Assembly (NCBI RefSeq): GCF_004010195.1
Contig: NC_057751.1
Span: 8,448,279-8,512,278 of the forward strand
Length of the DNA: 64,000 nucleotides
Reading direction: 5' to 3'
From: Chiloscyllium plagiosum
Lineage: Eukaryota
Within the stretch, counting starts at the first letter, position 1; the number at the start of each line of letters is the position of its first letter. Below, piece by piece: positions 11,571-24,283 of this stretch. A model generated the notes under the pieces. That model was given only the letters and a program-made list of their open reading frames with translations. It was not told where the DNA came from and searched no databases. Position numbers and translations under genes: made by a program.

Positions 11571-12786
11571 CAGGGGAGGAAAATCAAAAGGCGGTGGGCC
11601 GAAAGTTGAAAACACAATGTTCGCTCAGGACAACATTGAATAATTGGAAAATTATTGGTGATAACGACCACTGAAAAGGCATTCAATGGTCACCTGTTTT
11701 GGTTTACAAGGTATAACCAAACATCTGCAGGGCAATATTTGGAGGCAGGGAAATTTGTGAGGGTCCTGGTCAATGTCCCTCTGTCAGTTCCTCCCATTCC
11801 TGTTCCTGGGAGCTTGTCATAAAGAGCACATGTCCAAACTGATTTTAAAGATCAGGTGTTTTTTCAGTCTGTACAAACTATTTGAAAAGGAATGCACTTT
11901 CTGCAGCTTTTAACTAAGTACCAAGAAACCCAAACAAGATACCAAAAATCACAGCACCTGGTGACACTGCAGGGTAAACAAATTTCTGTGACAGACAACG
12001 GGACAAGTTTAACCACCAGAATTCATGCAAGAAATAGTACAAGTGATACCACCTGTTTGCTGACCATATAATGTGTCATGGAAGGCTGTGTTCTGAAGTG
12101 GAGTGGTCGGGGGGCGGGGGGAGGGGGTGTCCACTGCACCTGAAACATTAACTCTGTTTTCTCTCCGTTTTAGCAGGCCCACAAGCAAACTGTAAGTTTT
12201 ACATGGTAACACAACGGGCACACAAACGGGAAGGCAATCGGCCATCTGAGGATACACTATAGAGTTGAGCGTTTTTCAAAGAGAAATCCTTTTAGATTGA
12301 GACAAAGATATTCTGAAGAAATGAAATGAGATTGTGAGTACAGCTTCCTGAGTTACCTTTGATGCAACATTCAATTGCTTTAGAAGGTGATTTGCATATG
12401 AATTTGAAGGAGAAAAATCACATAGGAACTTCCTTTGATATTTTACGATACAGTATTCACAATTCTCATGTCATTTAAACTTGACTTTTTCAGCAAATCC
12501 TCACCAACGATTCTAAAAAGGCTGCATTTTCATATTCATATCCTCCACGAAACCACACCTGGATCACAGTTACAATTGTTAAGTTAGGAATCAAGGTGCT
12601 GAGGTAAGTAAACTTAAAACAAAGTTGATTCAGCTGTGACATTCCTTGAGATTTATTTGACCGATTAATAATTGTTCTGGTTTGAAAATTCCTGGAGGGA
12701 ATGACATTTAATTACAGGGCCAAATGTATAGATGATAAAGCTGACTAAGTTCTTTTCAAGATTAGAAATTGCTCTTTATTCATGTT

Positions 12787-13080
12787 TTAGATTAGATTAC
12801 TTACAGTGTGGAAACAGGCCCTTCGGCCCAACAAGTACACACCGACCCGCCGAAGCGTAACCCACCCAGACCCATTCCCCTACATTTATCCCAGACGAAT
12901 GCACCCAACCTACACATCCCTGAACACCTAACCTGCACATCTTTGAACTGTGGGAGGAAACCAGAGCACCTGGAGGAAACCCACGCAGACACGGGGAGTA
13001 TGTGCAAACTCCACACAGAGAGTCACCTGAGGCGGGAATTGAACCCAGGTCTCTGGCGATGTGAGGCAGCAGTGCTAAAT
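12787..13080 (-). mobile_element. HE1-type V-SINE, near full length
   Basis: (TTAGA)n tail, V-domain, GGGAATTGAACCCAGG B box. Confidence 0.92.
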
Positions 13081-14069
13081 TGACACTTAAGTTCAATAGA
13101 GCATGCATATTTGGTCAAGGGAGGTGGTTCAGTATAGAAGAAGCTTTAACAGCTACCTGTATTTTGACAGTGACAATAGAATTCATGACCCACTGATCAT
13201 GTCATTGTATTCTTGAAATGCAAGTTTTCCTTTGTCTTAGTGCAATTTAATACATCATTTTCGGCTCCAAGTGGATTCCCATTAACAAGGGCAATTTTAA
13301 AACCAGTCAAACCTGAGTTAAAATCAGGTCCAAGACCAGTCTCAGAGACTCAACAGGTCAAGAGGTGCATCATTAGTCCAGGCTGGGTTTTTCATCAGGA
13401 GCAGAACTTGGGAAATTTAACCAGAAACAAGCAACACTGTTCTTGTCAGTGACCCCTCAACTCACCATCCGTACGTGGAAACAGTGATGTGAAGCTCGAT
13501 GTGGAAGTGTACAAAAGGCAGTTTACATTGTCAGTGGGCTGCAGTGACCCAACAGCTGACGAGTGAATTCCAGTCCACAATGAAAAGCATAATCAATCCA
13601 GAGGACCAGACACTTGTCAAACTGTGTTTGTGCCCTCACCCCTGGCAGCCAATGTTGAGACCACATCAGAAAACACTATTACCAAATGTCCGGTCATCTT
13701 AACTTTTTGTTTGATCCATTTGCTAGAGAAACTAATGACTGAAAATATAGTGCAAATCCCAGGGCTGCAAGTCACCACACTGCACCATGCAGGACACGAG
13801 CAACAAAACCTCAAATTTATACAGTGCCTCTCACTACCTCAGGACTCCCCAAAGTGTCTTACTACCAATTAAATAGGTGTTGAAGTCTCAGTCACTGGCG
13901 CACTGTCAGTGACAATCAATAGGAGCACAGAATGATCCCATGTTCAGCAATGTGATATGGATCAAGGGATACTTTTGCCACTGGGGAGAACACTGCTGCT
14001 CTTTAATGTAATGCCACGCTATCTTTTGTGTTTACCTGATGGAGCAGTGGGTATATGGGGTGTGTATTG

Positions 14070-14585
14070 TGTTGGACCAGACTGAACCCTCTCAAAATAT
14101 ATTCAGAAGGTTGCCTAGTCGTAACTTCTAATTTTAAAGGCAGGTCTCAGGAATTGCGTTCCCGATGCAATTCGATTGGCAAAATACACTTCATTCACAC
14201 GCTATCATCAAAATACAATAAAAGAAAGATAAAATTGGTCATAACAGAATATAAAGAGAGACACAGAGACAGAGACAGAGAGAGAGTGAGAGAGAGACAG
14301 AGAGACAGAGAGAGAGAGAGAGAGACAGAGTGAGAGATAGAGATAGAGAGAAAGAGACAGAAACAGATAGAAACAGAGACAGACAGAGAGATGTACTGCA
14401 CCTGCCACTCAGCTCCACAACCAGAGCCAGAACTGCTACTGAAAACAAAAACAAAAAATCTTGGCTCTGGGGGAGCTGAACCCCATCCATTCAGGCTGCT
14501 TCTCTTGTTCCAACTTGGAAAAAAAACCTAAGACTATTGGATCCAAATAGATAGCTTGTCAGCTCTATCTCAAAACTTCTTTTCA
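14070..14585 (-). mobile_element. Solo-LTR-like element containing a GA/GACA microsatellite (14255-14392)
   Basis: TGTTGGACCAGACTGAACCCTCTCAAAATATATT..GATGCAATTCGATTGGCAAAA homologous to 19413 and 22259. Confidence 0.6.
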
Positions 14586-14625
14586 AATACAACCAGGATA
14601 GAATATCCCTCACAAAGTCTTTGGA

Positions 14626-14704
14626 GTGTGTGTGTGTGTGTGTGTGTATGCGTGTGTGGTGAGGTGTATGTGTGCGTGTGTGGTGAGGTGTATGTGTGCG
14701 TGTG
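14626..14704. repeat. GT-rich simple repeat with a 22-bp tandem unit
   Basis: (GT)n, then GCGTGTGTGGTGAGGTGTATGT-type unit x2. Confidence 0.9.
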
Positions 14705-14906
14705 TTGCTGTTTGATATTTACAAGCCTCAGGTTGTTCATTTGCCTCTGAGGTGGAATTTGAACCTGTGACTCAGGTTGAACAGTGGGTTACAGTGAGAC
14801 TGTGAAAACAAGGTAAATATTCAGAAAGTTGGAATATTTCAACAGAGAAGACCAAGGTCCACCCATGTCACCTTCTACCATCGCAGTAATCTCACAGTAC
14901 CATAGC

Positions 14907-15611
14907 GTTATGACACGGGGTAAACAATCCTGCTTAATTTAAAGCAGCAACACAGAAAAGATTTATCCCGTGCAGGAATCTGTGAAAATTCAAGAGGCAA
15001 AGACTATTGAAAGCAAAATTAACAACTTTGTTTCTTAAAGTATAACAGAGAATAATTAATAACAACTAATTATAATTCCTTCCTCTAACCTATCTTTTAC
15101 TTCCCTTCTACAATATTAGTCTGATAAAACTCCTGATTAAGACTTACAAAACAAAACTTCTTTCCTTTGAACCAGGCAGCTTTCAGTTTTCTCTGTATTC
15201 CTGTCTTTTTTCTTCTTCTTGGGGATTCTGCTTCACAGGTTACTGAACGATAAAGGTACCTTTAAGAGAGCTATTCTCTGGGCAGCTTGCAGATGGTATT
15301 GGTTTGGCAGTTCTCCTCCTAACTGTTCAATTTTCCCTGGTCTTATACCCCTAAAGCATTGGATTGTGTCATTGGCTTTTAAGATTGTCAATATACTAAA
15401 TTCAAACTGAATTAGAGTTTGGTATTTTTGGGGGTATAATTTAAACTGATTGTCCTAATTCGAATTTGTTTTGTTATTTCCAGGCAACCAGCTACCCGAG
15501 CTACCTCAGTAGCTGGAGCACATGTTACATTGTATCTTATTGAGAACACTTGGCGCTGTCACTGCTAGCTTTTACTCTCTTAAAGGTACAGTACACCCAC
15601 ATCTACATAAT
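14907..15611 (-). mobile_element. Solo-LTR-like element
   Basis: Bounded by GTTATG(ACAC)...CATAATA inverted ends; ~700 bp; contains TATA-like and CCAAT-like motifs on the minus strand. Confidence 0.45.
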
Positions 15612-16257
15612 ATTAGTAATAGTAATAATGATAGTTGATTCACCATAATATCTGATCTCACTAAATTATTTCAGAACAGACACTGGCAGGAGAGAAGGAA
15701 ACCTCCACGGAGTCACCGAGTCTTTAGGAATGATCAATCCAAATTTCCAAGCTTGTAATTTGTATCCAGACATATGTTCTCAGTGAATTATAATAGCAAT
15801 GTCTCACACCATCTTGCTATCAAGAATCAGGTTCAGCATTCACAAAAAGGATTCCCTACCCATCCTCAGCATGGTCTCGCAACACCCTCAAGATGTCTGC
15901 AGTTTTCATTTGGCTCAACCCCCTTGTATTCCAACCCCCAACGAATGTTTGTAAATCCTGGGCTCTTTCAGTCCGACTGGTACAGGATGAGATTGTCTTG
16001 ATCCCTCCGCACGCACCCCACGATCAGGAGCCTTGACCACAGCTTGATACAAGCACTGCTGCTGTTGGTGCAAACTCAATGCCCAAACAAACTGATCAAA
16101 CTCACATCAATTCTGGGCCCATTTGATGGGCTTTGTCATGATGTTTTTTATTTTATATTTGGTCAAATCTCATCAGAGATCCGGGTTTTGTCAGACGGGA
16201 TAGCTCTCAGTCGCTGGAGTTAAACATGCATCCTGCTGGAGTGCAAAAAGCGCCCAT

Positions 16258-16792
16258 AATTAATTGAACTGAATTGAATTAGTTTCATTGTCACGTATAC
16301 TCAATTGAGTACAGTGAAAAGTTTATAAGTTGCCACTTACAGCACTACCATAGGTACAAAAGTACCAAGCTGAAATCCTTAGTTACAAAACAGAGAAATG
16401 CAGAAAAAAATGTTACATTACAGCTGTACATGGTATAACCATAGGTCAGAAAAAAAACAAGAAGCAAGTTAAAAAGACAAGCTTCACAGTCTCTCTTTCT
16501 TTCTCCAAAGACTCTCTGCAGCATACCAATACAGGGGGCTGACGCCACACTCTGCACTGAACCGCAACGCTCCCGCACTTGGCCAATACCGCCCCCCCCC
16601 CCCCCACCCCGCCCCGGAATGCTGCCGTCACACTCCGGACTGGGCCCCTGGTCTCTGGCAACCCCGCTCTGGCCGCTGGCATTCCTGCTGACCTCCAACC
16701 CAATTCCGAGGCCAAGAGACGGGAGGAGAGAGAGGGAGAAAAAGAAAACGAAGAGAAAGAACAGGTGGAGCGTCGTACTCCACCGCCATGTC
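16258..16792 (-). mobile_element. Non-autonomous Rex1-tailed retroelement
   Basis: Minus strand starts ACATGGCGGTGGAG, is GC/CpG-rich, and ends TTTTCACTGTACTC..GTGACAATGAAAC(TAATTC)n, a Rex1-type tail; no RT. Confidence 0.6.
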
Positions 16793-17004
16793 AGTCAACC
16801 CCAGCCACACGTGCTGCAGTGAGACAAACTGGGAGGATTTACTGCTTGCTTTCGTTGCAGCCAATTGTGTCCAGTTTGTCCACTATAAATCCATTTCTCA
16901 TGAGGAACTATTTTTGTGGATGACAGAACATGTCTGTGCCGAGGAAGGCATCGACATGGATTTTGAAAAGCTTTTAATCATTCGTGAGATTTGGTGTCAC
17001 CGGC

Positions 17005-17350
17005 AACACATCCACTCATTGCCCAGGGAAAATTTACCTTGACACAGTCATAAAGGGTCACCTTCCTAAATACAACTGAGTGGCTTTCTGAGGTCATTCC
17101 TAACAGCATTTGAGAGTCAGCCATTTGGCCATGGATCTGCTCTATTAGACAGATCTAACCATGAAGGACAGAAGATCAACAACACTTTTGTCTTTGTCAC
17201 ATTCTAGTAACTTCATGGTCACCATCACGAATACTAACTTATTCTGTTCCAAAGTTTATTCAACCGAATATAAGTTTCCCAGTTTTGTTTGAAAGAAACG
17301 AAGCTACTATGTTGGACTACTCATCCAGTAACACAACCACTACGCCACTG
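17005..17350 (-). mobile_element. Degenerate tRNA-derived SINE (family of 958-1258)
   Basis: CCAGTAACACAACCACTACGCCAC is an antisense A-box head; TGAGAGTCAGCCA and CATGGTCACCAT match 63598-63940. Confidence 0.5.
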
Positions 17351-18510
17351 TGTTCATTTTCGAAGAGGTTGGAAAGATGAGAATCTCAGTATGTGAGCCG
17401 CTGTGTCATCCCATTCGGACGTGAACCCTATCTGAGACACTGTATTGCAGAATCATCCATTACACTTAACTTGATCTGTTCAGAGCTGGATCAATTAGTT
17501 GAATGGTTGGAAGCAGCAACTTTTTGTTTCGAAAATCAACAACAAAATATTGCTTTGTCTCTACAGTTGGCACTTCTGTATGGCCATGGCAACAAAAACA
17601 ATTTTGTCTTTTTGACGGTTTCTTGTTTTGTTTGGTTCGCATATTAATCACTGAAAAGGTACACCCTCATACATTCTGTGAGGCTATAAATCAAGCAAAG
17701 CTGCAAACAATGCCACTTTGATTTTATTTTCGCTGAAATATCTATTTCCTGTCTCTGTGTCCATAATTCAAACCCAAACCTGTACATAGCCAACAGATAT
17801 CTGCTGACATTTTAAATGTGCATTTTCACTAAGTACCCTCAGATATGAAATTTCATGTTTTGTCAGCTTTTTGAGCTATTCATGAGGAAATTCTCAAGTC
17901 TGTGGTAAAAGGACTGGAGTATGTATGAAAGCAATGCCAGTATTTACGTATGTTCCCTCACTTCTTACAAGAACTGTGAAGTACTTCATGAAGGATTTGA
18001 GTACATGACTTCTTGAAGATAGGAAACAAAATATGACAAAGATGAAATTGTCTCTGAAGACTGTTTCAATATGAACAAAGGTCATAATTAATTTTTCACG
18101 TCAACCCATTTCCACATAATTCCCAAATCTTGATTCTCCTCACATCTTTTTGAGATCAATTTTCAACCTGAGTTCAACTCTGAGTATTGGATTCTGTCCT
18201 CATCTCATTCCATAAGGGCTGCTGGCTGATCCTGAGATCAGACTGCTCATTCTATAAGAACTTGCAGAGAGGGGAAAAGAGAAACCATCTCAGCATCTCC
18301 ATCTCAGAACTTCACATGCTTCAATAAGCACCTGTCAATGTCTCTGTTGGGATGGTGCAAACTGGACAAGTCTGCACATCATGCAGCATCTAAGCAGATC
18401 CCTTGAGACTATTCTTTGCCCTTTCTCAAAGATGTAATAATCGTGGGTGTGATTTCACCACACAAAGAGTGGCAAGTGGACATCCAGCAGATTGCCAGCT
18501 CTCCATGGTC

Positions 18511-19086
18511 TGTGATGCTGCCCCTTTAACAAGGTTATGTTGCCCTTGGTTTTTTTTTTCAAGAGGGGTTGTACAAGCAGAGGTTCCAACATGTCTGAAA
18601 ATATCCTCTTGAAAACAAGGTGAGCGGAATGGCCAGTTCTCCCAGTTCAGTTTTTTTTATATAGTTTGGTTTAGTTTTACCTGGGGACCTAAAAAGGCAG
18701 CTGCAGTGAAAAGAGGTTTCATGCTTCAACAGAGATCTTCCCTGAACTTTCTCTCTGAATCCTCTCCTGCCTGTAAGAACTTGTGTTTGAATTTACCTTT
18801 TGCCGAGGGGTATGTTTATGGGATATTGCAGGGATTGGAGCTGTTTTGTTAACTTGCAATATTGTGTTAGTTTGGTGATCAAATAAGTCAGTTATTCTAA
18901 TTTTTTTTTTGTTCGTGTTTCATCCATAATATTTAAATAAATTCTGTTTGGCTTAAAGCCGAGTGGTTTGACCAGCTGCATCGCTCCTGGAATATCCACT
19001 ATACATCTGCCTTTACAACAAATAAAAGTTAGGGTCCAGGTTCCCTTGTCGAAATATTTTGAGGGGAACTGGCCTGGTCTACGATA
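18511..19086 (+). mobile_element. Solo LTR
   Basis: TGTGATGCTGCCCCTTTAACAAGG start; AATAAA motifs; colinear with reverse complement of 25622-26267. Confidence 0.75.
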
Positions 19087-19412
19087 AATGGAATAATTCA
19101 AACCAAATTCACCAGTGTCTCAAAAAAGAAACTCTTCCCTGAAAAAACATTGTCATCGCAAAAACAATTCATTTATCATTCATGTCATTGCAAATTTGTG
19201 GGATTTGTCCATTCAAATGGCTACTTCATTTCCTTGCACAGTGCCTAATATCCAACCAAAAAAGGACATGAAGCTGGTCACAAGCAAATTGAAGTCCCCA
19301 TTGTTGATATCCATCCAATAGTTGTTTTACTCCTCATGCTGAAGACCTCATTCACATTTTGGATGGCTATGTCTTTCCGATTTCTCTTTTCCCTCCTTCC
19401 AAGACTTTAAAT

Positions 19413-20215
19413 TGTTATGGACCAGATCAAATCCCCTTAAAACATATGAAGAAGTTAGTCTAGACCCTAACTTTTCTTAGAAGTTCATAAGATGTCGGTG
19501 TAGAATTTGGCCATTCAGCCCATCGAGTCTGCTCCACCATTCGATCATGGCTGATATGCTCCTCATTCCCATTTCCCTACCTTCTCTCCATATCCCCTCA
19601 ACCCATTACCAATTAAAAATATGTCTAATTTCTCCTTAAATTTACTCACTGTCTCAACATACTTTGGGGTAGCAAAGGTAAATTTAAAGGTAAATGCCAG
19701 GTGTTGCATTCCAGATGCAATTCGATAAGTCCAACTACCAGATTTGAACCAAATAAAATTTATCCATACACAAGAGTTAAAACACAACAAATTAAAATAA
19801 ATTAAAAGAGTTGCTTAACTGCAACTCTATTGAAATGCTAAACAAAATAATAAATATATATATCAAATACTACTAATCAACTGTTCCAATATACAGAGGA
19901 ACCTCGATTATCCGAACGAGATGGGCAGGCACTATTTCGTTCAGATAATTGACTATTCAGTTAATTGATTTCCTCTGGGGCTCGGAGTTTTCTGTGAAGT
20001 ACACTCCCTGTGCAAGAGACTAGGCAGCAGAACACTGCGCGTGAGCCCCAGCCCCTGCCCGCCCCAACCTCACACCAACACCATCCGCACCCCCAAATCG
20101 GTTCGTGCCCCCAACCTCATCTGCTCCCAACCCTGTCCAACAACCCCCCCCCCCGTTCTGTGGGAGCTTGACCCCACCCATTCAGGCTGCATCTGTTGTT
20201 CTAACTTTAGAATGG
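19413..20215 (-). mobile_element. Solo-LTR-like element interrupted by a CR1 tail (19485-19670) and a Tigger-like end (from 19894)
   Basis: TGTTATGGACCAG terminus; homology to 22259-22740 resumes at ~19680 and ~20158; TA|CAGAGGAACCTCGATTATCCGAA at 19892. Confidence 0.7.
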
Positions 20216-20588
20216 GAAGTCATTACTCTTGGGCTTATGACTTGTTGTTCATTTGAACACAGTTGAGGTTGTTTGTTCTGTCTTTATTAATGTATTTACA
20301 ATCCTTCATTGATCAGCGCTCACGGGTTCAGACACAAAAGTTGGAACTCGGGCTCCATTCTGCACTGCGAAGTAACTGCACTGTCCTACAATACTGACTT
20401 CACTCTTCCTGTGTGACCTCTTCGTTTGTGCCTCACATAAGAGTGACTACCAACTCTCAGAGTTTCAATTCTCTTCTACCTGAACACTCTTGTATGTTGC
20501 ACTGATCCCATTCAGATTATTCCATCCTCTCTTCTCAGAGTCTCAATCTCATGTGAGTGGTGATGTTGTCATCATATAAATCATATTA

Positions 20589-20905
20589 CAGGTAGAAGAT
20601 CCTTTATCTGAACGTCCAAAAACCAAAAAGCTCCGAAATCCAAAAGCTTTTTGTGAATTTTTTTCTCATTAACAAAGTTGTTTGGCGTGCAAACAGTTAA
20701 CCCAAGTTGACACCCACTCGATGTGTGTCACTCAGATGCGATGTGGGGGGGGGCGTGGCCAAGCACATTTTTATTTAGAAATCTGCTCCTCCAGTAAGAT
20801 TTTTAAAATTTCACCAATAAACTGTCAGTGTTCTGAAAACCGAAAAATTCCGAATTCCGAAAAACAGCTGGTCCCAAGCATTTCGGATAAAGGATCTTCC
20901 ACCTG
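20589..20905. mobile_element. Tigger/pogo-type MITE
   Basis: TA then TIR CAGGTAGAAGATCCTTTATCTGAA ... TTCGGATAAAGGATCTTCCACCTG. Confidence 0.88.
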
Positions 20906-22258
20906 TTTTAACCTTCCTTTACCACTGTATCATATTTTGACCTGGAGAACTTTGACAAGTGCAGTCCTGTTTTGAAGTCTTTTAAAAAAAGACTTTCTGA
21001 ATTTTCTGTCCGAAGACCACTAATTGACCTTTCTTTTGGTTTGCAAGATTTAAGCCACATCCAGTGAGTGAATTTAACAGACAATTTGGTGGCATGTTTC
21101 CATCACTGTACATTCTGCATTCCAAAGAAGTAAAATGGACACGACCCGTCTATAGGAGCTCATCAAAGAGAATTATTTTAGAGTAATGTGAATGAACCAC
21201 ATCCCCTGATCCCATTCACAAGACATCCAGACTCTCCTGAATGAGGAAGCAGCATGTTTGGTTCAGAGCAGAGTTCTCAGACACAATCAAATGAGTTTAA
21301 AACTGAATGTACTAGCCAGGGTCATAAGTGGATTGCTGGGCATTTGGAGAAAGGGAGAATCCTGTTACAAGTCAATGAACCACATGTGTCCTTATGAACC
21401 ACCAGTCCTCTCCAGGGACCAACATGCCAACGCATGAAATGCTAACAGAGCAAATTCCGTGCATGGTTCTCTCTCTCGCACGCACACACACACGTCTGGA
21501 AAACATACAGGTTCTGTATCTTGTCTGTTGTTCCGCAACCTTTCAGCTTCTTCTTCAGAAGAAGAGGAGATAAATTGTCCATCGAGATCCTTATACAGGA
21601 CCACCAACTTCAGCCTGAATCAAGCTAATCAACAGCCTTCAAAACCCACTAACTTTGCTGGATTTTCATCTCCCCTGCCTGGGAGATGAAAATCCAGCAA
21701 TTCTGACATTGATTTCTCAATGCACTTGCAGTGTGTGTATGTCTTCAACTCCTGAATCTGTTGACCAATTCTGTCAGTGATTCCTCCACATACTTCAAGG
21801 GTGCACATGAATGTCACAGCATTTTAAAGATTCTTTTTTCCCAGCACTGGGTTAAGTAAGATAATTACTCTTCCCTTTGTTGTCCATAAAGCTGAGGTAA
21901 ACCTGATTGTGTCTCCTGTATAGTCACAGCTAGCATATCTTCTGAAAGAACAATGTGTTGCAGTCAAACAAAGGTGCAAAAGAGAGAACTCCTTTTCATC
22001 TGATTGTAACAGCTCACTGCAGTCAGTAGCTTAATATAATGCATATCGGTCGGTTTTCAGTCGGAATCAAAGTGATATCAATAATAAATTATCAGCTCAC
22101 AAATTGAGAAGAGGCTACAATATGTTCTACTTTTTCAGTGCATTTAAAAGCACTGCATGGAGGCAGAAAGACTTTTACTAAAGCACAAGTCTCAGGAAGA
22201 ATTTGGTGAGCCTTGAGATTGAACGCAATGTCATCGGAAACCAGTTGCAATCTGACAG

Positions 22259-22859
22259 CATTATGGACCAGACTAAGCCCCCTCAAAACATGTCAAAGTG
22301 GTAACCTGGACCCTAACATTTTCTTATTTTTGAAGTGAGGTGCCAGGTATTGCATTCCAGATGCATTCTGATTCGTCAAACTACCAGGATTGAAGCAAAA
22401 CACAATTTAGTCACACACTCTGGTTAAAATACAAACAAAACTAAGGATTGAAACAACTGAACAGAATAACAGATTCGTTAACTTCTAAACAGCAAATTTT
22501 CCAAGATAGTAACATCCATTAAAAACATCTGTGACAAAGGCAAATTCAGTAAAACAGATTGTCTCAAATTCAAATCTAGCAGCAGCAAGAAAAGCCAAGC
22601 TTTTCGCAGTAACAAAGAGAGAGAGAGAGATGTAGCAGCTTTCACAACCCCAACAGCTACTGAAAGCTGAAACTGGAATCCTGCTTCTGTGGGGTCTTGA
22701 TTCCACACAGTCAGGCTGCATCTATTGTTCCAACTTTTAAAAAAAATCAAGGCCTCACATGCTGTTTACTTTATTGGGCTTTTAACTATCACCTCTGTCT
22801 CAACCTCTCCAGTAAAAACTCAGTTAAAATATACCTCTTAAAGCCATATGTGTGTCACA
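22259..22859 (-). mobile_element. Solo LTR
   Basis: CATTATGGACCAG ... TGTGTCACA termini; homologous to 14070 and 19413. Confidence 0.7.
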
Positions 22860-22869
22860 AGAGTCATGG

Positions 22870-23480
22870 TTTATTTTCAGAGGGATTTGAAGGAGGAAGA
22901 GGCTTGGGGAGGGCAATTGGTGAAGACAGAGAAATAATAGTTGTACAGCATGGGAACCAAACTGTTCAGATATACACTTCCAGCTTGCCTCATATTGATT
23001 ACAGATTTGTAGATTCTGAATGATTTGTAAATAATGGGAAGGTGTAAGGTACCTGTCATATCCAAATTTTGCAAAATGATGAGGACCAAACTGCTGCAAT
23101 TGGCACTCCCTGATGAAATTATCAACTCTGGTGGTCAATATGAGTATATGGGTACCCTAGTCAAATGTTTACTGGAAAGGGCAATTCAGTGCAGAAATGC
23201 AACTATTACAAGTAAAGATTGGATTAATGTAAAGGATGTGAGACAGGAGATTAGGACTATGGATTGGAAATACAAGGCAAAGATATTTGGCAAGAAAATG
23301 CAGTGCTAGCTCAAACAGTGAATCTGGGAGTGAACATGCCCCTAGAAAGGGATCACAAACCATTGACAGCAATCTCTTCAGTAGGAGGAGGAAGACTAAC
23401 AGTGGCAGTCCAGAAAAAGATAGCAAGATATCTTAATAAAGACAAGGAAGAGGCTACACACCAGGCAATTCACTGATGGC
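22870..23480 (+). pseudogene. Degenerate LTR-retrotransposon pol fragment (integrase C-terminus/linker), probably Copia GalEa-like
   Basis: GRGLGRAIGEDREIIVVQHGNQTVQIYTSSL and RNATITSK-DWINVKD..QEIRTMDW resemble WKGPGKVIG.DG..V.VQHG...RVH and ATIISRAGK..WLNV motifs recalled from this group. Confidence 0.6.
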
Positions 23481-23900
23481 AGGAAAAGCAATTTTGAAAT
23501 TTTGTTTTGGGTTTGTGAACAATGCATGTTTGGTAGTGCAGATAAATTAACATTAAAGCTGCATTTCTGCAAGGAGAGCAACTTAAGGGGGAAATCCTTT
23601 GACCTTCAAAAGAGGTACCAAATACATGGGGACAGTCTCGAGGTTTCAGTATATTGAGGATATGGCCTAGCTATCCCTTGAGTTTGATAGTTCTCAGGAA
23701 GATCTGTCTCATTAAAATTGAGCTCACTTCAGTTAAAAGCAGACTCGACCATAGGGTCCCTGAAGGACAGCTTTCAGACACCTTTACGATGCATGCAGAT
23801 TATTTATTTGCAGGAGCGGTGAATTTGAAAATATTGTCAGAAATGGACTTAAAACAGAATTCAAAATTGGAAACCTGCCATCTGGAGCTTCTGAATATAT

Positions 23901-23990
23901 TGATTGATTGATTGATTCATTGATTTACTGTCATGTGTACCAAAGTACAGTGAAAAGCTTTGTTTACGAGAAGTACGATAGGTAGCAAGG
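23901..23990 (-). mobile_element. Rex1-type 3' tail
   Basis: (TGAT)n then TTTACTGTCATGTGTACCAAAGTACAGTGAAAAG, like 16280-16322. Confidence 0.65.
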
Positions 23991-24283
23991 ATGCACCGAT
24001 CAAAAGGTTTAGACAGGGGCATACAGGTAACATCACACAGGGCGTGCAAGAGAGATCAACATTAATACTGGATTGGAAACAAGGCAGAATGGATCAAGTG
24101 TTGATTTGTATTGGCAATCGTAATTCAAAAGCATTAGTGCTATTGCTGTTCATCCAAGTCAGTTTTCACAAAAAGATGCAGCAGCTTTGAAAATTGAAAT
24201 GGTTGAATTCCGCTGTCTAATTGAAGGGATGAATTTCTGGTCACCCAAACAAGTCCAAATGCCAGTTCTGAAGCATTAAACGC

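Noticed and set aside
14055..14490. RE/RD-rich and SL-rich ORFs
   Set aside because: Translations of a GA microsatellite
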